64,000 nt of DNA, taken from NCBI GenBank assembly GCA_024222395.1, contig JAAEPE010000030.1, positions 2,920 to 66,919 of the forward strand, read 5' to 3'. Below are positions 1 to 8,839 of this stretch, piece by piece; within the stretch, counting starts at the first letter, position 1; the number at the start of each line of letters is the position of its first letter. A program made the translations under genes and the position numbers. This stretch comes from Myxococcales bacterium. GTDB lineage: Bacteria; Myxococcota_A; Polyangia; Haliangiales; Haliangiaceae. Below the pieces are notes generated by a model. That model was not told the DNA's origin and ran no database searches. It saw only the letters and a list, made by a program, of their open reading frames with translations.

Positions 1-2
1 TT

Positions 3-754
<752 letters not shown>

Positions 755-758
<4 letters not shown>

Positions 759-1177
759 GTCGGCTCTCGGCCATCATGTTGTGCAGCCCTAAGCTCCGAG
801 TCGCGTTGGTTTCGCTCGGAATTCTCGTTTCCGCAGGCTCTCTTGGTTGCAGCAAAGAGAGTTCCGAAGGCGAGGGAAGGCCAGCCAAGATCAAGGCCAT
901 GCCAGCTGCTGAGGTGCAGCGAGCAAAGATGGCGTGTGAGGGCTACGCCGCGAGAGTCTGCTCGTGCGCCGAGGCCAATCCCGAGCTTGTCCGAAAGTGC
1001 GATCTTGCCAAAGCGAGCCCCGGAGCACTCCAGATCAATCTTGATCTACTCGCAAGCGAGGGCCTAGAAGTGGCGGAGCAGCAGGCCGTCAAGGTCGAAG
1101 CGCGCAGGATCGCCGCAGTGTGTTTTGAGGCCGACGCGAAGCTCGACATAGTGACGTGTCCAAGAAAATCAAAGTAG
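755..1177 (+). CDS. hypothetical Cys-rich lipoprotein
   Basis: ATGA start/stop overlap with the phosphatase gene (755-758). Signal peptide with lipobox (SAGSLG|CSKE). No family recognised. Confidence 0.5.
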
Positions 1178-1203
1178 GTAAAGGTCTTAGACAGGGGGAT
1201 CCG

Positions 1204-2754
1204 ATGAGCAGCGTCATTGACTTCGAAAATCCAACGAAAGGCGAGCTGCGAGCTCTCTCAGGGGCTTTGGATCTGGTGACGGAGTCCATTGAGATCATGG
1301 ACTCTGAGGGCTTGCTCTGCTACGTGAATCACGCTTTCCAAGAAGCCACTGGCTATATGGGTTCCGAAGCAATCGGTCGCAGCGCTACTGCCCTCCTAGC
1401 CACGGAAACGCAGAATACCGAGCTGTTTGACGCCATTTGGGACACCCTGCGAGAAGGCAACGCATGGCACGGTGAGTTCGAAGGACGGCGGCGTGACGGC
1501 GAGACATATAGGCAGATCGTGAACATTACGCCGCTGCACGAGGATGGCAAGCTGGTCTATGCGGTTGCTTTGAAGACGCCTATCGATGAACTCGCGGTTG
1601 CACAGGAGCGTCTCAAGACGGCGAATGAGCATTTGGTGTCCACCGGCAGTATGGCGGTCGTTGGGCAGCTTGCCGCTGCCATGGGGCATGAAATCAACAA
1701 TCCCGCGCAAGTGGTCCGAAGCTGTCTAGAGCATCTGGCCGAGCAAAGTGGGGCCATCTCGACGGCCGAGCTTGGTGAGGTGGTTTCTGACGCGCTCACC
1801 GCTCTGCGCCGCATTGAAACAGTCGCCGCCGAACTTACGCCCTTCTCCTCGACTGATACCGAGGAGATGCACCAGGTTGACGTCAATGGATGTGTTCGAC
1901 ACGCGCTTCGACTGGCCAACAACGAACTGCGCCATCGCACGAAGATCGCCGAAGCCCTGCACGATGTTCCACCGGTAGACGGTCTAGAAGGTCGCATCGT
2001 TCAACTCATCACCGGCCTCTTAGTCTTTGTGGCTCGGGCCATGGTTGAAGACCAGGGGGGTAATCGCTTGCGGGTGACGACACGTTTTGACGAGGGCTCC
2101 ACCTGCATTCAAATAGACTGCAAACTCGGAGCACCCACATCCTCTTTCGAAGAGTTGCAAACCCGCGTTGGTCTTTGGGAGGGATCGGGAGCAGGGGGCG
2201 TCGATGCCGGCATGAGTTCGGCCTTCGTGCATGGTAGCAGCAAGTGGATTGGCTTCATCTTCTGTCAGCAAATCGCTGTTGCCCATGGCGGCAGCATCGA
2301 AGTGAGCACGAGCAAAGACCAACGATCCGCGTCTATCGAGATCTGCTTGCCAGCTTCCGAACACGCCGATGTCGCGGTCGTGAACGTGCTCGTGATCGAT
2401 GATGAGGAGCTGATTCTGCGCAGCTTGGGGCGAATGTTACGGCGCGAATACCTGGTCGACGTATGCTCCGGCGGAGAGCCTGCGCTCGAGATGATCGCAG
2501 ACGGAGACTACGACGTCATCCTCTGTGACATCATGATGCCAGGGCTCTCTGGCGTTGCGCTCTACGAGCGCCTAGCCAAAGTTTGTCCCGAGGCCCGCGC
2601 TCGTATCATCTTCATCTCTGCTGGCACCTTTACGGCTAAAACCCAGGCGTTTGCCGACGGTACTTCGCAGCCCGTCCTGCTCAAACCGGTGCGCCGCGAC
2701 GAGCTCCGAGCTGCTATCGAATCGCTCCTTCGGAGCTCAAGGCAGGGGAACTAG
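1204..2754 (+). CDS. PAS-sensor hybrid histidine kinase / response regulator (ATP-binding boxes look degenerate)
   Basis: PAS region (LLCYVNHAFQEATGY...WHGEFEGRRRDGE), H-box AAMGHEINNPAQ, C-terminal receiver (VLVIDDEE, ILCDIMMPGLSG, LLKP). ATG 1204 follows AGGGGGA. GTG 1156 in the track overlaps the upstream gene. Confidence 0.8.
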   Translation: MSSVIDFENPTKGELRALSGALDLVTESIEIMDSEGLLCYVNHAFQEATGYMGSEAIGRSATALLATETQNTELFDAIWDTLREGNAWHGEFEGRRRDGETYRQIVNITPLHEDGKLVYAVALKTPIDELAVAQERLKTANEHLVSTGSMAVVGQLAAAMGHEINNPAQVVRSCLEHLAEQSGAISTAELGEVVSDALTALRRIETVAAELTPFSSTDTEEMHQVDVNGCVRHALRLANNELRHRTKIAEALHDVPPVDGLEGRIVQLITGLLVFVARAMVEDQGGNRLRVTTRFDEGSTCIQIDCKLGAPTSSFEELQTRVGLWEGSGAGGVDAGMSSAFVHGSSKWIGFIFCQQIAVAHGGSIEVSTSKDQRSASIEICLPASEHADVAVVNVLVIDDEELILRSLGRMLRREYLVDVCSGGEPALEMIADGDYDVILCDIMMPGLSGVALYERLAKVCPEARARIIFISAGTFTAKTQAFADGTSQPVLLKPVRRDELRAAIESLLRSSRQGN

Positions 2755-2912
2755 ACCGCCGAGCGTAAACAATGATCGGTCTAATGGTCCTGCTTTCCTG
2801 ATTGCAGCGTTGCTCATTTCGCCATTTGCCCCGGCAAAATGCTCATTCGCGCCTTGCACTCGAAGAATCAGAACTCACCACCCTCGGTCATTCTTTTCGC
2901 TCGACGGTCTAG
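2751..2912 (+). mobile_element. MITE-like non-autonomous element, copy 1 (162 bp)
   Basis: Terminal inverted repeats CTAGACCGCCGAGCG / CGCTCGACGGTCTAG. The same sequence recurs at 33004-33165 and, inverted, at 53853-54054. It is bounded by CTAG on both sides. Confidence 0.75.
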
Positions 2913-3937
2913 CCATCAACGTCATCTCCGCCGGATGCCGGAATCCGTGTGGATGGGGTGATGATCTCGTGCTCAGCTGAACCTGAGAATTGTACCGAGG
3001 GCCAGAGCACGGATGCGCGAAGTGAACTTCCCTCGGCAACGCTGCAGCCATCACCGATAACGACGCCGGGGCCCACGGAGCAATTCGGCCCAATTGTGAC
3101 ACCCTTGCCGATGCACACAGGTTCTGTGATTGTACTGGTGGGATCGACGCTGGCGCTCGCATCGATTCCGGAAAGGGTGCCTGGTGGCGTGCGCAGAGTC
3201 GCGCCTCTAAGTAGCTCGATGTTGCTCTGCAGGTAGCGCTTGGGCGTTGAGTGCTCTGCAAAATAGCCACTGCGATGCTCAAATGCTGTGACGCGCCCCC
3301 CGTCTTGTATCCAGGGTAGGTACCCCTGGCGTACGGTACAGGCCTCACCTTCGGGAAGCTTCTTAAGGGCGGATGGGCGAGTTAGATGAACGCCACAGAA
3401 CATGTGACTGCCCTCTCCAAGGATATTATGAACTCGCAAATCGTCGCCCTCGGGGCGCACGTCAACAGCGCCCCATTTCATGGCGTTGGGCGCAGCTTGC
3501 ACCACCATCGTCCCGAGCGTGTCGCCGGCGGCCAAGAAGCTATCGAGGAGGCCGGCTATGTCGAGGTCAAAGATGAGTTTGCCATTCATACTCAGGATCG
3601 GTGCGTCGGTGCCCCCTGGATCTAGCAGCGTGAGGGCCTTCTTCAAGCCTCCCCCCGTGCCTAGGATCTCATTCTCGTGGGAGTACTGAATGCGAGCTCC
3701 CATTTCGCTTCCATCGCCCAACTCATCCGAGATTAGCTCGCCTCGGTGACGCAGGTTGATAACGATGTTGGTGATGCCATTGGCAACCAGGTTGGTGATC
3801 CCATATCGCAAGATGGGGATGTTGCAGACGGGCAAGAGTGGCTTGGGACATTCTGCGGAAATGTCTCCAAGTCGGGTGCCTTTGCCCGCACAGAGAAGCA
3901 TGGCGCAAGAGATGGTTGTGCTATTGGGGCGAGTCAT
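2909..3937 (-). CDS. sugar-phosphate nucleotidyltransferase with C-terminal left-handed beta-helix
   Basis: LLCAGKGTRLG...PKPLLPV (GxGTRL NTP-transferase signature). Hexapeptide repeats VCIGKGVTIGPNCSVGPGVVIGDGCSV. ATG at 3937 overlaps the upstream stop as TGATG. The longer 4033 start in the track runs into the upstream gene. Confidence 0.75.
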   Translation of the reverse strand: MTRPNSTTISCAMLLCAGKGTRLGDISAECPKPLLPVCNIPILRYGITNLVANGITNIVINLRHRGELISDELGDGSEMGARIQYSHENEILGTGGGLKKALTLLDPGGTDAPILSMNGKLIFDLDIAGLLDSFLAAGDTLGTMVVQAAPNAMKWGAVDVRPEGDDLRVHNILGEGSHMFCGVHLTRPSALKKLPEGEACTVRQGYLPWIQDGGRVTAFEHRSGYFAEHSTPKRYLQSNIELLRGATLRTPPGTLSGIDASASVDPTSTITEPVCIGKGVTIGPNCSVGPGVVIGDGCSVAEGSSLRASVLWPSVQFSGSAEHEIITPSTRIPASGGDDVDG

Positions 3938-4833
3938 CAAAGATCCTTGTGCAAGACGGTGAAAGTTCGCTCGCTCGCAATGCCGGCGATCTTGTAATAG
4001 AAAGCGCGGGGCCCTACCCAGGCGACCTGGCACTGGCGATGGCCTGCATTGCGAATGTCGAGCAGAGAGGCGAGCAGGAGAGCCGCACCCAGACCTTTGC
4101 CGCGATGCGCAGGCAGCGTTCCTGTGGGACCAAACCAGCCCCTACCCGCATTATTTCCGTCATGCGCTGCAAAGCCTGCGAGCTGCCCGGTGTTGCGGAC
4201 AAGGGCGATGTGTACGCCTTGAGAATGGGTGGCTGAGCGTGTCATTTCGTGCTTCCAGCCTTCCGAGAAGTTCGTAGCTACGTGATCCGCGGTTTCGACA
4301 AGCTTCTCCCAGGGTAGGCGAGCTATCTCGTAGCCCTCATCATGAACACGCGAGCGCATCTCCTCAAACTTCTCCTGAGAAACAAGGGCGTTGTCCTGCA
4401 CGTTGATGAGCAGGTTGCAGGCTTTGCCACAACGTGTGTAGCCGCGCTTGCTGAGCCACTCCAGAACTCCGCGATTTTGATTGTCTACACCGGGGCTCAA
4501 GTAGTTGCCGGGCTGGTCCATCGTGCGAGCCACTGCACCGTGAGAAGCAATTTGCGCATGGCACCGCTCTAGCAACTCCGAGCCGACACCTTGGCAGCGC
4601 CGGTCTGGAGCAACGGCTAGCAGGCGTAGCCACTTGCCCGAGGTGCAGGCAACGCCCACAAGTTGCTCGCCTTCGAAGGCGGCCAGAGGTTCGGCGGCAA
4701 GGTCCCCGGAGCCGGGAGCAAAGAGCTTTTCGCGGCCGAGCCCCGCAACGTCATCATGGGCGCATGCTGCCTCGAGAAGGGCCTGTGCTTGGTCCAGAAA
4801 AGCTGGCGCAAGGGGCAAAATCTCGATGCTCAT
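3937..4833 (-). CDS. GNAT-family N-acetyltransferase (two GNAT-like halves)
   Basis: Two acetyl-CoA-binding-like motifs, RRCQGVGSELLE and HRGKGLGAALL. It abuts tlyA with a 0-nt gap. Confidence 0.7.
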   Translation of the reverse strand: MSIEILPLAPAFLDQAQALLEAACAHDDVAGLGREKLFAPGSGDLAAEPLAAFEGEQLVGVACTSGKWLRLLAVAPDRRCQGVGSELLERCHAQIASHGAVARTMDQPGNYLSPGVDNQNRGVLEWLSKRGYTRCGKACNLLINVQDNALVSQEKFEEMRSRVHDEGYEIARLPWEKLVETADHVATNFSEGWKHEMTRSATHSQGVHIALVRNTGQLAGFAAHDGNNAGRGWFGPTGTLPAHRGKGLGAALLLASLLDIRNAGHRQCQVAWVGPRAFYYKIAGIASERTFTVLHKDL

Positions 4834-5583
4834 CTAAGTGATTCCCGGAGTTCGCAATTCGATGAGGAACTCGATGTTGCCTGAAGGCCCGCGGATCGGA
4901 GATTCGACGATGCCTCCGATGCCGAATCTTCGGGCCAGTGCCCAGTCTCGGATATTGTCGACGCACTCCTGACGAACCGATTCCTCTCGGACGACACCGC
5001 CCTCGCCTACTTGCTCCTTGCGCGCTTCGAATTGCGGCTTGATCAGCGCAATGATGGGCTTGCCCGCGGGGCCCTGCATAAGCTCTGCGACCTTGCCGAG
5101 CACGAGAGTGAGCGAGATGAAGCTCGCATCAATCACGGTGATGTCGATGGGCTCTCCGAGCTTGTCTGAATCTAAGGTTCGGATATTCTCGCGGTCCAAG
5201 ACGATCACACGCTCGTCCTGGCGAAGAGCCCAAGCGAGTTGGCCGTAGCCCACATCGATGGCAAAGACCTTGCTCGCCCCCTTCTTGAGCAGGACATCTG
5301 TGAAGCCCCCTGTTGACGCTCCGACGTCCATTGCCACCATGCCTCTTGGGTCGATTACGAAGGCTTCTAGCCCTCCGAGCAGCTTGTGAGCACCCCTCGA
5401 GACCCATACTCGCTCCCCTGCTTTGAGCTTTAGATCAACACCCGGATCTACTTGCGCTGCAGTCTTGGTGTTGGGAATGCCGCCAACCAGCACACGACCG
5501 CTAGTGATTAGCGCTTGCGCTTCTTCCCTGCTCGCAGCGAGGCTGCGCTTTACGAGTAGCTTGTCGAGTCGTGATTTGGCCAC
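4834..5583 (-). CDS. tlyA: TlyA-family rRNA (cytidine-2'-O)-methyltransferase
   Basis: S4-like N-terminus MAKSRLDKLLVKRSLAASREEAQALITSGRVLV, then an FtsJ-type SAM fold (MDVGASTGGFTDVLL...VFAIDVGYGQL). Confidence 0.85.
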   Translation of the reverse strand: MAKSRLDKLLVKRSLAASREEAQALITSGRVLVGGIPNTKTAAQVDPGVDLKLKAGERVWVSRGAHKLLGGLEAFVIDPRGMVAMDVGASTGGFTDVLLKKGASKVFAIDVGYGQLAWALRQDERVIVLDRENIRTLDSDKLGEPIDITVIDASFISLTLVLGKVAELMQGPAGKPIIALIKPQFEARKEQVGEGGVVREESVRQECVDNIRDWALARRFGIGGIVESPIRGPSGNIEFLIELRTPGIT

Positions 5584-5595
5584 TAAGATAAAGTC

Positions 5596-6093
5596 CTAAA
5601 ACTCGTGGCGAGTCGTAGCACCCTGGCCAGGGTTTTCTTCAATTGTAACTTCAATCGCCTTCACGGTCGTGTGGTCGAGCCATGCTCCCATACGTGTACA
5701 CAGTCGCTCGCAGGCAAAATTGGATAGTGGCTCGACAGCGAGATTGTCGATGGGCATGAGTAGTACGTCTTCTCGCGGCAAGACATAGCGGTGTCCACAC
5801 AGCGCGAATTCAATCTCTTTCTCTGTATCAGAAACGAGCTCGTAATATGGATTCTTGGTCGCGAGCAGGACGTGCTCTTTCCATTCATTGCACAAATTGG
5901 CGAGCGCCTTCTTGAGCGGACCGAAGTCCACCATGTGCTCGAAGTCGATGCTGGAAAGCTCGACCGTAAGAGAGACATAGTAGTTGTGCCCGTGCATCCG
6001 CTCCTTGCGGCCGCCGGGAAAGACGGTCATGTGGGCGCAGGAGAACTTGTAGCGATCGCGTTTGATGTGGATGCGATATTGGGGTGTCGACAC
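5596..6093 (-). CDS. 6-pyruvoyl-tetrahydropterin synthase / QueD-family protein
   Basis: YKFSCAHMTVFPGG...RMHGHNYYVSL is the His/Cys signature of the PTPS/QueD fold. The start is ambiguous: GTG 6093 gives a typical N-terminus, while ATG 6186 would translate through a perfect hairpin. Confidence 0.6.
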   Translation of the reverse strand: MSTPQYRIHIKRDRYKFSCAHMTVFPGGRKERMHGHNYYVSLTVELSSIDFEHMVDFGPLKKALANLCNEWKEHVLLATKNPYYELVSDTEKEIEFALCGHRYVLPREDVLLMPIDNLAVEPLSNFACERLCTRMGAWLDHTTVKAIEVTIEENPGQGATTRHEF

Positions 6094-6096
6094 ATA

Positions 6097-6147
6097 GGGA
6101 GTTTGCCCAATGGCATTGGCAAAGCAAACGCCATTGGGCAAACTCCC
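6097..6147. repeat. perfect 18-bp inverted repeat (hairpin, 15-nt loop)
   Basis: GGGAGTTTGCCCAATGGC (6097-6114) and GCCATTGGGCAAACTCCC (6130-6147). It ends 3 nt from the candidate GTG start of the QueD-like gene. Confidence 0.85.
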
Positions 6148-6323
6148 AAAGCAAGCGAGTTGTGCAACTCCGGAACGGAAATGCACCGTCTAGCAGGCCT
6201 CGCCTACAGCGTACCTATAGCGAATCGGTACGGGGAGCTTCCTCCCAGCCCTGCCAAACGGTGCGCTGTGCTTCGCAAGCGCACTGTCCGGTTGTATGTG
6301 GGCTTTTGTGGGCAAACGCCCCA

Positions 6324-6377
6324 GGCACCCTTAGAGGGTCTCCAGTTCGGTCGAACTGGAGACCCTCTAAGGGTGCC
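6324..6377. repeat. 54-bp near-perfect palindrome (26-bp arms, 2-nt spacer)
   Basis: GGCACCCTTAGAGGGTCTCCAGTTCG gt CGAACTGGAGACCCTCTAAGGGTGCC, in the 653-bp divergent intergenic region. Confidence 0.85.
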
Positions 6378-6607
6378 GTTGCTGGGCAGGTCGCTAGGTA
6401 GAATTAGGTAGACTAGTCTAAGTAAAATAAGGTAGTTAAGCTAAGCAAAAGCGAGAGTCCGAAGACTTGCCAGTATGCATAGCAACACCGGTGCCAGAGT
6501 GGGAATACTCTGCAACCATCTGTTGTTATTAGGCTAGCTCGGCCACCATATCGCGCCCCCGCGTAGGCTCCGCGCTTGAGCCCGACAGTCGTGTCGCAAG
6601 TCTCACT

Positions 6608-6633
6608 CACATGTGCAAAAGCTTGCACATGTG
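6608..6633. promoter_or_regulatory. 11-bp inverted repeat, possible operator upstream of the RNase E/G gene
   Basis: CACATGTGCAA aagc TTGCACATGTG, about 205 nt upstream of ATG 6840. Confidence 0.25.
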
Positions 6634-6839
6634 GTCATCGGAATTCGGAAAATCTGCCTAGTTTCACATGGTTGCGAGGTACCCATCTTGTGGTCGACGT
6701 AGGCCACGTGGTAACCAAGAGGAAACATCTCTCACACTTGTCGGCCACCGCGAATCAGATCCAGTGCGTTGCCAAGTGAAATGACAGCCGAGCCCCAAAC
6801 AATTCAAGCTTCGGGCTCCCATCCAAAGAGTTTTATGAC

Positions 6840-8507
6840 ATGTCGAATCGAAAATTGGTCGTTAGTGCCGAAGGGTCCGAGACCCGCGTTGCCCTGCTAG
6901 AGGGCTCCAACCTTGCGGAGTACTTCCTCGAGCGCAAGCGAGAGGCCGGTGTGGCCGGAAATATCTATCGAGGGCGCATTAGCCGCGTTCTTCCTGGAAT
7001 GCAGGCGGCTTTTGTCGATCTCGGCCCGGGAGTCGAGCGCAAGGCGTACCTGCACGTCGCAGAAATCCTAGGCGCCGGAGACGAGAAGCGTCTCTTCGAC
7101 GGCTATGACGATAGTGACGACGATGATGACGGCGACAAGAAGAAGAGTGGTGGCAAGGCCCGTCGCGGTCTTCGCAAGGCCGCAGCCCGCCGCAAGATTG
7201 AGGACCTCGTCAAAGAAGGCCAAGAGATCTTGGTACAGATTGTCAAAGAGTCTGTTGGCGACAAAGGCGCTCGTATCACCGGCTACCTCTCCCTGCCCGG
7301 ACGCCACTGCGTCTTCATGCCGACGCTAGATAAGGTCGGTGTCTCACACCGCATAGGCTCGGACAAAGAGCGCCGTCGTCTTCGCAACATCGTCAACGAC
7401 GCACGCCCTGAGGGGGCTGGCTTCATCATTCGCACTGCTGCAGATCGTGCAGCTGAGCAAGAGCTCCGTGATGATGTCGATTATCTGCTTAGACTTTGGG
7501 AAGAGATTGGCCGTCGCGAGAAAGCTAGTTCCAAGCCAGGGCTGCTCTATCAAGATCTCGACTTGGTGCTTCGCGTTGTACGCGACATGCTCCGCGAAGA
7601 TGTCTCGGAAATCGTGATCGACGACGAGGAGCAGCACGCACGTGCCCTGCGCTTCACCGAAGCGTTCATGCCAAGTTACAGCGAGCGGGTCAAACTCTAC
7701 GAGGGCCGCAGCCCAGTCTTTGATTCATACGGCATTGAGGCGCAATTGCGAGCTTCACTCTCGAGGCGAGTTCCACTCAAGTCGGGAGGCTCTCTGGTCA
7801 TTGATCAAGGCGAAGCCCTTACAGCCATCGACGTCAACACCGGCAGCTATGTCGGCAAGCAAGACCTTGAATCCACCATCACCGCCAATAACCTAGAAGC
7901 GTGCGAGGCTGTTGCAAGGCAACTCCGCCTGCGCAACCTCGGCGGAATCATCGTTATCGACTTTGTCGATATGGACAAGAGCTCAAACCGACAGTTGGTT
8001 TGGGAGAAGTTCAACGAGGAACTCGCCAAGGATACAACGCGGGGCAACGTGACAAAGATCAGCGAGCTTGGTCTCGTTGAGATGACACGCAAGCGTACGC
8101 GCGAGTCATTGCACCAGTTGCTAACCGAGCCGTGCCCGACCTGTGAGGGCCGGGGCGTTGTGAAATCGACAACCACGCTCGCCTACGAGGTCATGCGAGA
8201 AGTACGTCGAGTCGGAAGCATGGTTGAGGCTGAGCGCATCCATGTCGAGTGCTCGCCAATCGTGGCGAGTTGGCTAGAAACGAATGAGCGCGATTACTTG
8301 GACCATCTCGAGAAGCGCTTCCAGAAGCTAGTAGACATCAAGGGCACTCGAGGGTTGCCACCAAACCACTACAAGGTGGAAGGCAACATCATGAAGATCG
8401 AAGAGCCTGGAAAGATCAAGGCGAAGTCCAGCTCTTCGGGCAAACGACGAAGTCGCTCTCGTAAGAAGAAGACCGAGACTACGGCCAGTGCCAACACTGC
8501 GGAATAG
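6840..8507 (+). CDS. Rne/Rng-family ribonuclease (RNase G-like size)
   Basis: S1 domain GNIYRGRISRVLPGMQAAFVDLG and catalytic core (AIDVNTG..., GGIIVIDFVDM, LVEMTRKR, CPTCEGRG). Acidic/basic insertion DDSDDDDDGDKKK and a Lys/Ser-rich tail. Confidence 0.85.
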   Translation: MSNRKLVVSAEGSETRVALLEGSNLAEYFLERKREAGVAGNIYRGRISRVLPGMQAAFVDLGPGVERKAYLHVAEILGAGDEKRLFDGYDDSDDDDDGDKKKSGGKARRGLRKAAARRKIEDLVKEGQEILVQIVKESVGDKGARITGYLSLPGRHCVFMPTLDKVGVSHRIGSDKERRRLRNIVNDARPEGAGFIIRTAADRAAEQELRDDVDYLLRLWEEIGRREKASSKPGLLYQDLDLVLRVVRDMLREDVSEIVIDDEEQHARALRFTEAFMPSYSERVKLYEGRSPVFDSYGIEAQLRASLSRRVPLKSGGSLVIDQGEALTAIDVNTGSYVGKQDLESTITANNLEACEAVARQLRLRNLGGIIVIDFVDMDKSSNRQLVWEKFNEELAKDTTRGNVTKISELGLVEMTRKRTRESLHQLLTEPCPTCEGRGVVKSTTTLAYEVMREVRRVGSMVEAERIHVECSPIVASWLETNERDYLDHLEKRFQKLVDIKGTRGLPPNHYKVEGNIMKIEEPGKIKAKSSSSGKRRSRSRKKKTETTASANTAE

Positions 8508-8551
8508 GGAATCTCATCACACCGCCTCTCAAACCGCGAGACCCACGCGTT

Positions 8552-8839
8552 GTGGTCAATCAAGAATTCGCCTCGGCGGAGGACTTTGTTGATCAGTACG
8601 TGAGCGACATTTCGACGTCTGGTGTCTTTGTTCGTTGTGATGAAGACCTCGAAGTGGGCATGCGAGTGAACCTGCAGTTCACCATTCTCGATGAGGAGAT
8701 AGAGAGCATCGAGGGCATTGGCGAAATAGTTCGCTTGCAAGAAGACCCGAAGGGCATCGGCGTCGAGTTCCGCGAACTATCGGAGGAATCCATGGTGTTC
8801 ATTGAGCGCCTGGTCGCCAAGGTCGGCGGGCCTGCATGA
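8552..8839 (+). CDS. PilZ-domain protein (myxobacterial single-domain type)
   Basis: DISTSGVFVRCDEDLEVGMRVNLQF matches the DxSxxG half of the PilZ motif. GTG start. See the finding about the upstream in-frame RDPR. Confidence 0.65.
   Translation: MVNQEFASAEDFVDQYVSDISTSGVFVRCDEDLEVGMRVNLQFTILDEEIESIEGIGEIVRLQEDPKGIGVEFRELSEESMVFIERLVAKVGGPA

Noticed and set aside
2651-2980. A similar peptide (PPSVNNDRSNGPAF..IAALLIS..FAPAK..SFFSLDGLA) appears in ORFs at 2651-2980, 32907-33176 and 53702-54286, suggesting a small repeated gene
   Set aside because: The similarity is just the MITE read in one frame. The ORFs start inside unrelated flanking genes. Copy 3 loses the frame after AALLISS because of its 1-bp deletion and 41-bp duplication.
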